DNA from: Gemmatimonadaceae bacterium
GTDB lineage: Bacteria > Gemmatimonadota > Gemmatimonadetes > Gemmatimonadales > Gemmatimonadaceae
Length of the DNA stretch: 64,000 nt
Reading direction: 5' to 3'
Assembly (NCBI GenBank): GCA_045803545.1
Contig: JBJMOW010000004.1
Location: forward strand, 640,001-704,000
Of the stretch, positions 46,367 to 57,225 are shown piece by piece (the first letter of the stretch is position 1; every line of letters starts with the position of its first letter). A program made the translations under genes and the position numbers. The notes under the pieces are model-generated. The model worked only from the letters and a program-made list of their open reading frames with translations, was not told the DNA's origin and did no database searches.

Positions 46367-46412
46367 CGGGGTGGTGTGCATCTGGTCGAGAACATCAACC
46401 GAGGAGCACACC

Positions 46413-46571
46413 ATGAAGCAGTATCAGAACTTTCGCAGTAGCCTTATTCGTTACGTCAGTACCGCTCTCACAGTGACCTTGCTGATCACGCTGCGGATTG
46501 AAACTCCCTGTGCATCGTCAGGCGCTGCGCCGAGTCACGAACTTCATGAAGTCGGATTGCGCCAGCCGTGA
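46413..46571 (+). CDS. Small protein (52 aa) with one hydrophobic segment
   Basis: GAGGAG RBS then ATG; MKQYQNFRSSLIRYVSTALTVTLLITL. Confidence 0.45.
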   Translation: MKQYQNFRSSLIRYVSTALTVTLLITLRIETPCASSGAAPSHELHEVGLRQP

Positions 46572-46637
46572 GAGGAATGGGGAGTGTGAAACCGTGCCTC
46601 GACTTACGCGTACGGATACTCATCGAACGGGAGCCAC

Positions 46638-47372
46638 ATGAGCTCACAGCAGTCGGCAGGGCGTAGAGCAGCAGTCATTATCGGCATTCTGATTCTCGCG
46701 CAGATGGCGGGCAGCGCCCTCGTGAACTTCTTCGCCGAAGCCCCGCTGTTCGATGGCGCAGGATACCTCGCTAATGCCGCGTCTCACTCCCAGCAAATCG
46801 CTGCTGCTGTCTTTCTCGCGATCGTCATCGAGGCGACCTGGGTGGCGATTGCGATTCTTGCGTTTCCCATCCTCGCTGAGCGTTCGCTGAGATCGGCGCT
46901 CGCGCTTTTCGCAGTCAGCATCGTCTGTCTCGTGATCGGCGTCGTCGAGAACTCCGGCGTGATGTCGATGGTCTCGCTGAGTCAGGCTTATGCATCCGCG
47001 AGTCCTGCCGACCTCACGCAGCTCGAGGCGGTGCGCGTCGCCGTAGGTTCAGCCAGGAATTGGCCGCATTATCTCGGACGCATGTTCGATGGCCTTGCGG
47101 CGCTGACTTTCTACATCGCGCTATTCAGATTCGTTCTGGTCCCGCGGGCGATCACCGGTCTCGGTATCATCGCCGTCGCGTCGATGATTACCGGACTATC
47201 GATGCCGTTCTTCGGCCACGCGGTGATTTTCCCGATGCTCGCCCCGCTCGGCCTCACTCAGCTGGCGTTGGCACTCTGGCTGATCGCAAAAGGATTTGAT
47301 GGACGAGCGGTGGCGAACGTCTCACCGGCTATTAACGTCCTTCGAAATAGCCGGGCCTCAGCAGGAGCATGA
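46638..47372 (+). CDS. DUF4386-family membrane protein
   Basis: Multi-TM; GYLANAA...IAILAFPIL...VPRAI...LALWLIAKGF. Confidence 0.75.
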   Translation: MSSQQSAGRRAAVIIGILILAQMAGSALVNFFAEAPLFDGAGYLANAASHSQQIAAAVFLAIVIEATWVAIAILAFPILAERSLRSALALFAVSIVCLVIGVVENSGVMSMVSLSQAYASASPADLTQLEAVRVAVGSARNWPHYLGRMFDGLAALTFYIALFRFVLVPRAITGLGIIAVASMITGLSMPFFGHAVIFPMLAPLGLTQLALALWLIAKGFDGRAVANVSPAINVLRNSRASAGA

Positions 47373-47757
47373 TCAGAACGGCCAACCCGGCGACCGCAAT
47401 CGCCGCTTTAGATCCGGTGTGAGAGTAGAGGGTGACGCAGAGGAGCGCGGCTCCTTCGAGCGGCGTCCACGTGACGAGTGCAGGAGAACCGGCCCTCAAC
47501 CAAAAGGCGCTCGTCGATTCTCCCTCCGCCGGGCGCGGAACGCGATTCATCAAGAGCACTGGCAATGCGCACAGCGCAAGCGCCACCGCTAACAGCATTG
47601 GAATCATCGTTGCCAGGTTGCCGGAGGTATTGGCGTTCGGCAGGACGACGAACTGCGCGACGATCGCGTACAGAATAATCCCAACAGCCAAGGCTCTATG
47701 AATGCTGCGGACGCTTTGTGGCGGGTTGGTGTTCTGGTCGCCCGAACTATTTTGCAT
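47332..47757 (-). CDS. Membrane protein (start uncertain)
   Basis: Four hydrophobic segments. Confidence 0.55.
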   Translation of the reverse strand: MQNSSGDQNTNPPQSVRSIHRALAVGIILYAIVAQFVVLPNANTSGNLATMIPMLLAVALALCALPVLLMNRVPRPAEGESTSAFWLRAGSPALVTWTPLEGAALLCVTLYSHTGSKAAIAVAGLAVLIMLLLRPGYFEGR

Positions 47758-48121
47758 AGTGACTCGCGCCGAGGAAGTGAAGCGACACATAGGGCTCGTC
47801 GCCTAGTACCCAGCTGTCGTGCGGCTCGGGAGGAACGTAGAAAATCGACCCGGGCGTAAGCTCCCAGACTTTTCCGTCGTCGAACGAAACCGTCGCCCGG
47901 CCCTCGAGCACCATGCCGAGGTGCTCCACATTACATCTTGTCACGCCGACGTTTGGTCCAACATCGGTCGACCACTTCCATCCCGGCTGATACGTCGCTC
48001 GCCCGATTGTCATCCCGCCCATGTGCACGATCTCGAAGCGGCCCCGCGTGAACTCGCGCACTTCGTCCGGATTCTCGAACCGTTTGAGAACGACTTCGAT
48101 CGGCATCGTTGGCGCTGACAT
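47747..48121 (-). CDS. Cupin-domain protein
   Basis: QPGWKWS, EHLG, PHDSWV. Confidence 0.85.
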   Translation of the reverse strand: MSAPTMPIEVVLKRFENPDEVREFTRGRFEIVHMGGMTIGRATYQPGWKWSTDVGPNVGVTRCNVEHLGMVLEGRATVSFDDGKVWELTPGSIFYVPPEPHDSWVLGDEPYVSLHFLGASHYAK

Positions 48122-48123
48122 TA

Positions 48124-48636
48124 CTATGGCCCTGAGAATCCGACGCGGACTCCACCCGGCGCCTTCACGACGGCGATTGTAATACCTTCCATTACTCTGA
48201 AGGGCGGAGTAACCGGCTCGGCGCCTTCGGTGAGCGCATTCGCAAACGCTTCATGCGCGTCTGCAACGTGGACGGTGAAATTGCTGCCCGGTAATTCGCC
48301 GGGCTCGAGGCCGCGCACTCCGCCGCCGCCTTTGTCGGAATAGGCGAAGAGATGGTACTCACCGCTCGGCGTCGGCATGCTGTGCACGAACGTCCAGCCG
48401 AGTACTTTCGCGCACCATGCCTTGGTGGCGAGCGGATCGGCGCTCTGCAACTCGGTGTGGGTGATCCAGCCGTGGAGTCCGGGCGTCGGCTGGTGCCTCA
48501 ACTGGCCCGACTTCGATCTCGTGGTCCGCCGAGGAGACCGTTTTGGCGCGCGCGTCGCTGTGCGACGACTCGCCGATGCGCGTCTGGTGGTAGCGCGCTT
48601 AGGTGTCGACTTTTTTCTCGCTGATTTTCTTGCCGT
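48124..48636 (-). CDS. VOC/glyoxalase-family protein with probable Lys/Arg-rich N-terminal extension
   Basis: ITHTEL...DP...GWTF; frame stays open upstream to an AGGAG-N6-ACG; the ORF track start is TTG at 48501. Confidence 0.7.
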   Translation of the reverse strand, partial: TARKSARKKSTPKRATTRRASASRRTATRAPKRSPRRTTRSKSGQLRHQPTPGLHGWITHTELQSADPLATKAWCAKVLGWTFVHSMPTPSGEYHLFAYSDKGGGGVRGLEPGELPGSNFTVHVADAHEAFANALTEGAEPVTPPFRVMEGITIAVVKAPGGVRVGFSGP

Positions 48637-48666
48637 AACCCGCTCCTGTTATGGCGCCAACTTGTC

Positions 48667-49251
48667 TCAGGCGCTCGAGACTGGCAAGGAGTGCTCGACC
48701 TCGGCGACGACATCGCGTGACTCGCGAATCGTCGCGAACTCACGATTGAGATTCGCGAGCTCGACGTTATGCACCTGGTCAGCGGTGAAGTGGGTGCCGT
48801 CGTAACCCTTGTGCTCGAACGCAGCGGTGGCGTCGGCAACGATAGTGACGTTGAAGCCGAGGTTGGCGGCCATCCGCGCGCTGGTCGAGACGCAGTGCTC
48901 GGTGGTGAGACCGACCATCACCAGGTTGTCGATCCCGCGCTCGCGCAAATAGCTCTCGAGATTGGTGCCGATAAACGCGCTGTTGACGTTCTTGCGGAAC
49001 ACCGGCTCGCCTTCGATTGGCTTTCCTTCCGGCTTCACCGTGTTGCCGGGGCGGTCAGGGCGCAGCTCCGATTGCGGCTCGACCGAATCGTGCTGCACGT
49101 GAATCACCGGCTTGCCCGCCGCGCGCCACGCCGCCAGGACATCGGCGATCCGCTTCTCTGCGTCGGGATTGTTGCGCTCGCCGAGTCGCGGATTGTCCAT
49201 CCCCTGTTGAACGTCGATGACGAGCAGCGCGGATTCCGAAGACGTACTCAC
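48667..49251 (-). CDS. Isochorismatase-family cysteine hydrolase
   Basis: ALLVIDVQ, KNVNSAF, TEHCVSTSAR. Confidence 0.9.
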   Translation of the reverse strand: MSTSSESALLVIDVQQGMDNPRLGERNNPDAEKRIADVLAAWRAAGKPVIHVQHDSVEPQSELRPDRPGNTVKPEGKPIEGEPVFRKNVNSAFIGTNLESYLRERGIDNLVMVGLTTEHCVSTSARMAANLGFNVTIVADATAAFEHKGYDGTHFTADQVHNVELANLNREFATIRESRDVVAEVEHSLPVSSA

Positions 49252-49270
49252 GAGACCCTCTCAGATACAG

Positions 49271-49321
49271 AAAAATGGCGGCAATGCACTAACGACTTGT
49301 CGTTAGACACTACCACCATTT
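49271..49321 (-). terminator. Putative intrinsic terminator
   Basis: About 23-bp imperfect stem followed by a T run on the minus strand, downstream of 49348-49845. Confidence 0.55.
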
Positions 49322-49347
49322 GACTGTGCCTGCCAACCAAGGGTTGC

Positions 49348-49845
49348 CTAGAAGGTCGCCGACTCCAGCTGTAACGCCGCCTTGATCTTCGCCAGGTGAT
49401 GGAAACTATGTCGCACGGCGTGATCTTCGAGCACGAACTGGGTGGTCAGCGGAGCATCGCCGTTGAGCGAGACTGGCACCGCTATGTCGAGCTGATCGTC
49501 TTCGAGCGCGCGAATCGCCGCGGCGGCGGCAGCGCTATTGCGGCGCACGAAAGCGATTGCTTCGTCCTTGCTCACATCCTCGAACTCCTGAGCGTGCTTG
49601 GCGTTGATGTCGGCAACGACATCCCAGGTGACGCCCACGATCGGCTCGCCGCGCGCGGCCTGCAGCGCGATCTGGATCTCGATCGGGTACATGTTGCCGA
49701 CGTGGTGAACCATGACGCCGACCTTGCGGCCGTCGTGTGGAACCGGAGTCTGCCACTCCTCGGTGGTCAATCCGCGGGTGAAATCTTCGAGCGCGCTTGC
49801 GCCTTGCTCGAGCCGTTTGGCGAGCGCTTCAGTGCGTTTCTTCAT
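49348..49845 (-). CDS. DinB/YfiT-like protein
   Basis: LTTEEW...MVHH...HSFHHL. Confidence 0.75.
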   Translation of the reverse strand: MKKRTEALAKRLEQGASALEDFTRGLTTEEWQTPVPHDGRKVGVMVHHVGNMYPIEIQIALQAARGEPIVGVTWDVVADINAKHAQEFEDVSKDEAIAFVRRNSAAAAAAIRALEDDQLDIAVPVSLNGDAPLTTQFVLEDHAVRHSFHHLAKIKAALQLESATF

Positions 49846-50002
49846 TTTCCTTCCCTTCGTCAAAAACGGTTGAAGCCGGCGCGGAACTCGATGCGCCGAC
49901 TGAAGGGAGAGATTTAGGGCTCAATGGAGAAGTGAGCCATGACTTGCCGTCCACCTTTCTTGCTCGCGCGTGCGGACACTAGAGTTTCCCGGCGTCTCGA
50001 AG

Positions 50003-50902
50003 TCAGCTCTTTTTCGGCGCAAAAACTCGCACGTAATCCACCATCATCGTCGCCGGGAAAATCGAGTCTGACAGCGGATCGCCATCGAAGTGGCCGCCGA
50101 TGGCGAGATTCAGAATCACGATGAATGTCTTGTCGAGTACCGAAGGTCCATACGCTACCAGGTCGCTGATTGCGACCGAGTAATGCAAGACGCCGTCGAC
50201 GAGCCATGCCACATAGGTCGTGTCCCACTCGACCGTATAAATGTGGAAGTCCGACGTGGTGCCACTTACGAAAGTCTGTGCGTGCGCAAATGGTGTCGCG
50301 CCGGAATAACCCGGTCCGTGGAGCGCCGAGCTCGTCGTCGTTGGCTGACTGCCCTTGTTCTCCATGATGTCGATCTCGCCGCATGCAGGCCACGGTGTCT
50401 CGGGGCAAGTGCTGCCGAGCATCCAGAAGGCGGGCCACAATCCCTGGCCGGCTGGCAGTTTAATGCGCGCTTCGACTTTGCCCGCGGGCGAGACGATGAG
50501 TTTGCCCTTGGTCGTGATCTTCGCGGATGTGTAGCGGCACGGGCCGTAATAGCAGGTGAGTCCATCCGCTGTTTTTCCGACAATGACCAACTGCCCTTGT
50601 CCATTCAGCGAAATGTTCGACGGGTCGGTCGAATAGTACTCGAGCTCGTTGTTGCCGTAGCCACACAGCCGCTGCGCGCAGCCGTCGCCGACATCATTGG
50701 CCCATTTCGTCGCATCGACCGCGGCGCCGGCCGGTCCATCGAATTCGTCGCTCCAGATCTGAGTCCACTCCAGCGGCGTAGAAGGCTGAGTGGATCCAGT
50801 GCCGCCCGAGTTCGAGGGAGCGCTATCGGCGCAGCCGGCCGCAACAAGAGCGGCAAGGAGAAGCCCGAAATTGTAATTGGTGCGGCAATTCATCAGGTAC
50901 AA
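50003..50902 (-). CDS. Glycoside hydrolase family 16 lipoprotein (beta-1,3-glucanase-like)
   Basis: WSDEFDG, WPAFWMLG, GEIDIME. Confidence 0.92.
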   Translation of the reverse strand: MYLMNCRTNYNFGLLLAALVAAGCADSAPSNSGGTGSTQPSTPLEWTQIWSDEFDGPAGAAVDATKWANDVGDGCAQRLCGYGNNELEYYSTDPSNISLNGQGQLVIVGKTADGLTCYYGPCRYTSAKITTKGKLIVSPAGKVEARIKLPAGQGLWPAFWMLGSTCPETPWPACGEIDIMENKGSQPTTTSSALHGPGYSGATPFAHAQTFVSGTTSDFHIYTVEWDTTYVAWLVDGVLHYSVAISDLVAYGPSVLDKTFIVILNLAIGGHFDGDPLSDSIFPATMMVDYVRVFAPKKS

Positions 50903-50904
50903 TT

Positions 50905-51312
50905 CTAGTCGCCTCCGAACACGAGGATATACCCATTCGGGTCGCGGACCTCGAACTCCAGGTCGCCGTAAGCCTGTTTGGTCAGTCGCGTTTTCACGAA
51001 TGCCTTGCCCTTGACTCTTTCGTACAAAGACTCGACGCCACTCGTACGGAAGTATGCGTCCCAGAGCCCCGTCGGTCGGCGCGATGATAGATCAGGCTTC
51101 TGATAGTCGGCGAGGTTGAGCAGCATCAGCTCCGCGTTATCGCGCTGCAAACTCGCAAAGACGTACGGCGCCTGGGCCGGAAACTGACCGGCGACTGTGA
51201 ACCCGAGCTCGGTCTCATACCAGTGCGCTGTTGCCGCGATGTCGGGAACCAGAAACGTCGGCACCGCTGATCGAATTCGGATCCCCGTTTGCTCTTTCAC
51301 CGATGTCGTCAT
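50905..51312 (-). CDS. VOC/bleomycin-resistance-family protein
   Basis: YETELGF, EFEVRDPNGY. Confidence 0.85.
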   Translation of the reverse strand: MTTSVKEQTGIRIRSAVPTFLVPDIAATAHWYETELGFTVAGQFPAQAPYVFASLQRDNAELMLLNLADYQKPDLSSRRPTGLWDAYFRTSGVESLYERVKGKAFVKTRLTKQAYGDLEFEVRDPNGYILVFGGD

Positions 51313-51485
51313 GGTGATCTCTCCGTGAAGTACGGCGCCACGTTGCGGGCAATCTCCGCGAACTCTGCTTCAGTCAGAGGTATTCGCCTGAAAGCCGCCC
51401 ACAACTGCTTCGGCTTCGGATTGCCCGCGACCGCCGCGTCGGAACCATATAGTATGCGGCGGACTCCGACCTGGCGAATGCGCCG
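51309..51485 (-). pseudogene. C-terminal remnant of an amidohydrolase-like gene
   Basis: Manual translation RRIRQVGVRRILYGSD...PLTEAEFAEIARNVAPYF; ATGA overlap with the next gene; no start before an upstream stop. Confidence 0.6.
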
Positions 51486-51572
51486 CAGGGAAAACCGGTC
51501 TGGCGAGCAATCGAAAAATCGGCATCATACCTTGTGGACCTGGCCTGAGTGGAAAAAGTTGGGTGCTATCCC

Positions 51573-53107
51573 ATGAGACGTGCAACTATCGTAGCACTCG
51601 CCTTCGTTTCAGCAGCATCTTTCACGCAAGCTCAGGACGCTGCCCACCCGCATACGACGAGCCCAGAACGACTCGGCACCGTTCACTTCGCGACGTCGTG
51701 CAAGCCTGATGTCACACCGCAATTCGATCGCGCCGTCGCGCTGCTGCACTCGTTCGAGTTCGGCGCATCGATCCGCGGGTTCAATGATGTGCTGGCCGCG
51801 GATTCCACTTGCGTGATGGCTTATTGGGGATTGGCTTTGAGTCGGTGGGGCAATCCAACGGCCGCCGGCAATCGACCCGCGTCGTTGCTGCAGCAAGGCG
51901 GACAGTGGGCGTTCACCGGTGCGCGTCTGGCAGCCGCAGCCACCGACCGCGAGCGCGGTTACCTCGGCGCGGTCAGTCAACTGTACGACGACTTTCAACA
52001 GCGGGATCAGCACACCCGTGTCGAGGCTTATTCGCACGCGATGGAATCCCTCGTCATGCAACAGCCGGCCGACACTGAAGCAAAAATATTCTACGCGATC
52101 TCCCTCGTCGCTGCGGCGTCACCGACCGACAAGACTTACGGCAATCAGCTGAAGGCGGGCGCAATTCTCGAAGCGCTCTGGGCGAAGCAGCCTGATCATC
52201 CAGGACTCGCTCATTACATCATCCACACCTACGACTATCCCGCGCTCGCGGACAAAGCGCGCGCAGCGGCTGCCCGTTATGCCCTCATCGCTCCTTCGGC
52301 CGCGCACGCGCTGCACATGCCGTCGCACACTTTCACTCGGCTTGGCATGTGGAAGGAGTCAGTCGACGCGAACGAGCGCTCGAGCGAGGCCGCGCTGAAC
52401 ACCGGCTCGATTGCAGAGGCGCTTCACGCCGCTGACTATGAGATGTACGCCTATCTTCAGCTTGGCGAATACGGGAAAGCGAAGTCGATTCTGGAACAGC
52501 TTCCCACCATCGCGGCGCGGTTCGATCCGAATGCAATCGGGGGAGCGGCACCGCCCGCTGCTGCCTACTTCGCGATGGCGGCAATTCCTGCGCGCTGGGC
52601 GCTCGAGCGCGGCGCGTGGGCCGAAGCGGCTGCGCTCGAGCCGAAGACCACTGACTATCCGTACGCCGACGCCATCACTCACTTCGCCCGCGCAATCGGC
52701 GCGTCGCGCACCCGCGATTTCCTCAAAGCGCAGCGGTCGATTGATTCACTCGCGGCCATCCAGCAGCGACTCACCGCGCAAAAGGAGTCCTACTGGGCGG
52801 AGCAGGTCGCCATTCAACTGCTGGGCGCCCAGGCATGGCTCGCGCTGGCAGAAGGTAAGAAAGGGGATGCGCTCAAACTGATGCGGGAAGCGGCAACACG
52901 TGAGGATGCAACCGAGAAAAGCGCTGTCACCCCTGGTCCGGTGGCCCCCGCACACGAGCTCCTCGGGGACATGCTGATGCAAATGGGTCGACCCGCGCAG
53001 GCTCGCGCCGAGTTTCAGCTCACTTTGAAGAAGGAGCCGAATCGCCGCCATTCATTGGTTCAGCTCGCGCCCGCTACCGCTTCCCGCCTCGCGCCTCCCG
53101 CCTCCCA

Positions 53108-53111
<4 letters not shown>
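51573..53111 (+). CDS. Exported TPR-repeat protein
   Basis: Signal peptide; [23 protein letters not shown]. Confidence 0.8.
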
Positions 53112-54591
<1,480 letters not shown>

Positions 54592-54595
<4 letters not shown>

Positions 54596-55320
54596 TGCCA
54601 CACTGCGTGATAGAAGAGGCCGGCGGCGACTCCGCCGATTGTCGGCGCTACAATAGGAATCCAGGCGTAGCCCCAGTCGGAGCTGCCTTTACCCGGAATC
54701 GGAAGAACCGCGTGTGCGATGCGCGGACCAAGATCACGCGCCGGATTGATCGCGTAGCCGGTCGGTCCGCCGAGTGAGAGGCCGATCGCCATCACGATCG
54801 CGCCGACGAGTAGCGGACCGAATCCCTTAGCGAGATCGGAGCCGGGAACGAGATTGCCGGGCGACAATACCGCCAGCAGAAAGAGCACCAGCGCGAAGCC
54901 GCCGATGAACTCTGAGATGAAATTGTCGAGCGGGCGGCGAATCGCCGGAGTAGTGGAGAACACAGCGAGCTTGCTCACGGGATCCGGTGTCGCACTCCAG
55001 TGCGGCAGATACGAGAGCCAAACGATGACTCCACCGAGAAAGCCGCCCACGATCTGCGCCAGTACGTAGCCGGGCACCTTTGCCCAATCGAACGCGCCGG
55101 TCGTAGCTAGCGCGATGGTCACTGCCGGATTGAGGTGGGCGCCGCTGATGTGATTCACGCAGTAAACAGCAATGGTGACCGCCAGCGCCCAGCCCGAGGT
55201 GATCACGATCCAGCCGGAGTTGTTTCCTTTCGTCCGCTGCAATACCACGTTCGCTACCACTCCATCGCCCAGCACGATCAGAATCGCGGTACCAAACACC
55301 TCGGCGAGAATCGGGGACAT
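54592..55320 (-). CDS. glpF: Glycerol uptake facilitator (MIP)
   Basis: Two NPA motifs (HLNPAVT, AINPARD); overlaps the glpK start. Confidence 0.95.
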
Positions 55321-55383
55321 GTCCGTCGGGTTAAAGGTCGCCTGATTATGTCGTCGGTCCCTTGGTGAGCGTAAGAGCTTTAT

Positions 55384-55517
55384 ATCTCTGCGGAGGGTCG
55401 GTGAGGGGCATTCCCTGAAAAACTGCTCGACCCGCTGTCTTGCGACCTCATTGTCGGTGGCGCTCTGAGTGTAGGCGGGTCTGCGCGATGTTTTTCAGGG
55501 AACGCCCCTCGCCTCCC
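55384..55517 (+). repeat. Long intergenic hairpin element, copy 3
   Basis: Near-identical to 38888-39024. Confidence 0.85.
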
Positions 55518-55552
55518 ACTGGATCGGTGCGCCTTGGCTCACAGGGCTGGCA

Positions 55553-56041
55553 TCAGAACCAGCGGCCGTACACTCGCTTCCACTGCTCGTGTGGGAAGGC
55601 GAGACCGATCAGCGCGCCGATTCCAGCGCCCCATTCGGCCCCGACGCCGGCTGCGCGCCAGTCACGCTTGTAGTGCGGGCCGCCAGTTCGACGAGGATCG
55701 TTCATCAGGGCGAACGTTACGGCGCCGCCGAGCGCGCCAGCGGCTGCTCGCTCGATCATGCTGGCACCGCGATTGACGCCGCGACTCACATCGAGTCGCA
55801 CGATGGACGCGCGCGGGATCGCGAGGGCTCCGCCGGTTCCAGGTACACCGAGGCGAAGAACACCACCGTCGATCGATTCAACGGTGCCGCGCACCAGCAG
55901 CCGGCGTTCCGGCGGCGGATTCTGGCGACGAACTTCGGGCAGCCACACGCGCACGCGCATTCCCGGTTTGATTTCCTCGGGGAACTGCGCGGATGCCACG
56001 CTCGGCAATGCGAGCAGCAAAAGGAAAAAGAATTTACGCAT
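55553..56041 (-). CDS. Exported hypothetical protein
   Basis: Signal peptide ASA-Q; Gly-rich C-terminal hydrophobic segments. Confidence 0.7.
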   Translation of the reverse strand: MRKFFFLLLLALPSVASAQFPEEIKPGMRVRVWLPEVRRQNPPPERRLLVRGTVESIDGGVLRLGVPGTGGALAIPRASIVRLDVSRGVNRGASMIERAAAGALGGAVTFALMNDPRRTGGPHYKRDWRAAGVGAEWGAGIGALIGLAFPHEQWKRVYGRWF

Positions 56042-56082
56042 TGCGATGAGCTCCTTTGAGGCGGTTACAAAAAACTACGTTT

Positions 56083-56772
56083 TCAGTCGTGCAGGCGTTT
56101 CACGATTGCGCTGACGTGAAGCTCCGTCGTGTCGAGAGCAGGCACACCGCCGATCGACGGCGCGGAAAGCAGGATTGTCAGCTCGGTGCCGCCCAGTATC
56201 ACGCCGTCGATTCGCTCTTCATTGCCGAGCCGGAGTACGACGCCGATCACGCCGTCGCGGGTCTCCTCACGAAAATCGCCGCGCAACATTTGCCCGATGT
56301 ATCTCTCGTGAATCCACGTGATCTCTCGATCATCGGGCGTGACGCACTCGATTCCGTATCTCGCCAGCACGTTCGGGTAGAAGGACCCTTCCATCGTAAA
56401 TCGCGTGCCGAGCAGTCCGACGCGTTTCATACCTCGTCGTTTCGCTTCCTCGGCGGCGGCTTCGACGATGCTGATGAGTGGAATGGGTGATCGAGCGATC
56501 AGGTCGTCGAACACGACGTGCGGTGTGTTGGCAGCCATTGCGCCGAAGTCGCAATCAGCGGCCGCCAGGCGTCGTACCGAATCAAGCAGGTATTCAACCA
56601 GCTTCGGGCGATCATGTTCGACGAGGCTGAGACCATAATCCACGTCCAGGCTATCTATGACGATATGTGGTGCCGATCCCGGATCGATGCGCTCCCATTC
56701 TTCCAGGATGCGTCGATAGTAGTCGATGGTCGATTCGGGGCCGAGGCCCCCGATCAATCCGAGTGACGCCAC
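56083..56772 (-). CDS. Aspartate/glutamate racemase-family protein
   Basis: GLIGGLGPESTIDYY, ANTPH, GLLGTRFTM, LGGTEL. Confidence 0.85.
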   Translation of the reverse strand: MASLGLIGGLGPESTIDYYRRILEEWERIDPGSAPHIVIDSLDVDYGLSLVEHDRPKLVEYLLDSVRRLAAADCDFGAMAANTPHVVFDDLIARSPIPLISIVEAAAEEAKRRGMKRVGLLGTRFTMEGSFYPNVLARYGIECVTPDDREITWIHERYIGQMLRGDFREETRDGVIGVVLRLGNEERIDGVILGGTELTILLSAPSIGGVPALDTTELHVSAIVKRLHD

Positions 56773-56780
56773 GCTGGGCT

Positions 56781-57194
56781 TTAGGGCGAGGAGGATTTGC
56801 CGGGCAAATCGCGCACTGCATAGGTTTGCATGCGCACTATTCTCCACGCTCCCGGTCCTATTGGGTCATGTGAAAGCACCGTCACACTATCGAGCGGTCC
56901 ACCGCTATAGTGTCTAATGACGAGACCGGCGATCTGACGGGATCGCGCGGCGAAAGCAGAGTCGGCCATGTTGGCGAACGCGACCGTGTCGAACTCCACC
57001 TGCAAATGCCCGTAACTTTGTGGCCCCACCTTCAGCTCCATTACGAAACTGATCTTTGGATCACCCGCTTTACCAACGCTGTCGTTTACAATCGCCTTGA
57101 GCTGTTCGCGCGCGACGTCGCGTGGATTGGGCTTCCTGCAGCCAGCCACGGCAACTCCCACAGCAAAAGCGCAAACTGCGATCCGACACGTCAT
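56781..57194 (-). CDS. Putative lipoprotein
   Basis: AGGAG RBS; VAGC lipobox. Confidence 0.6.
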   Translation of the reverse strand: MTCRIAVCAFAVGVAVAGCRKPNPRDVAREQLKAIVNDSVGKAGDPKISFVMELKVGPQSYGHLQVEFDTVAFANMADSAFAARSRQIAGLVIRHYSGGPLDSVTVLSHDPIGPGAWRIVRMQTYAVRDLPGKSSSP

Positions 57195-57225
57195 GAGTGG
57201 GCTCCTTCTGCCCGCACTGTCAGCC

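Noticed and set aside
49271..49321. CTAAC...GTTAG hairpin as a solitary attC
   Set aside because: Only 8 bp between the boxes and no L boxes; better explained as a terminator. The 14-bp match ACACTACCACCATT to short-family attCs may be chance
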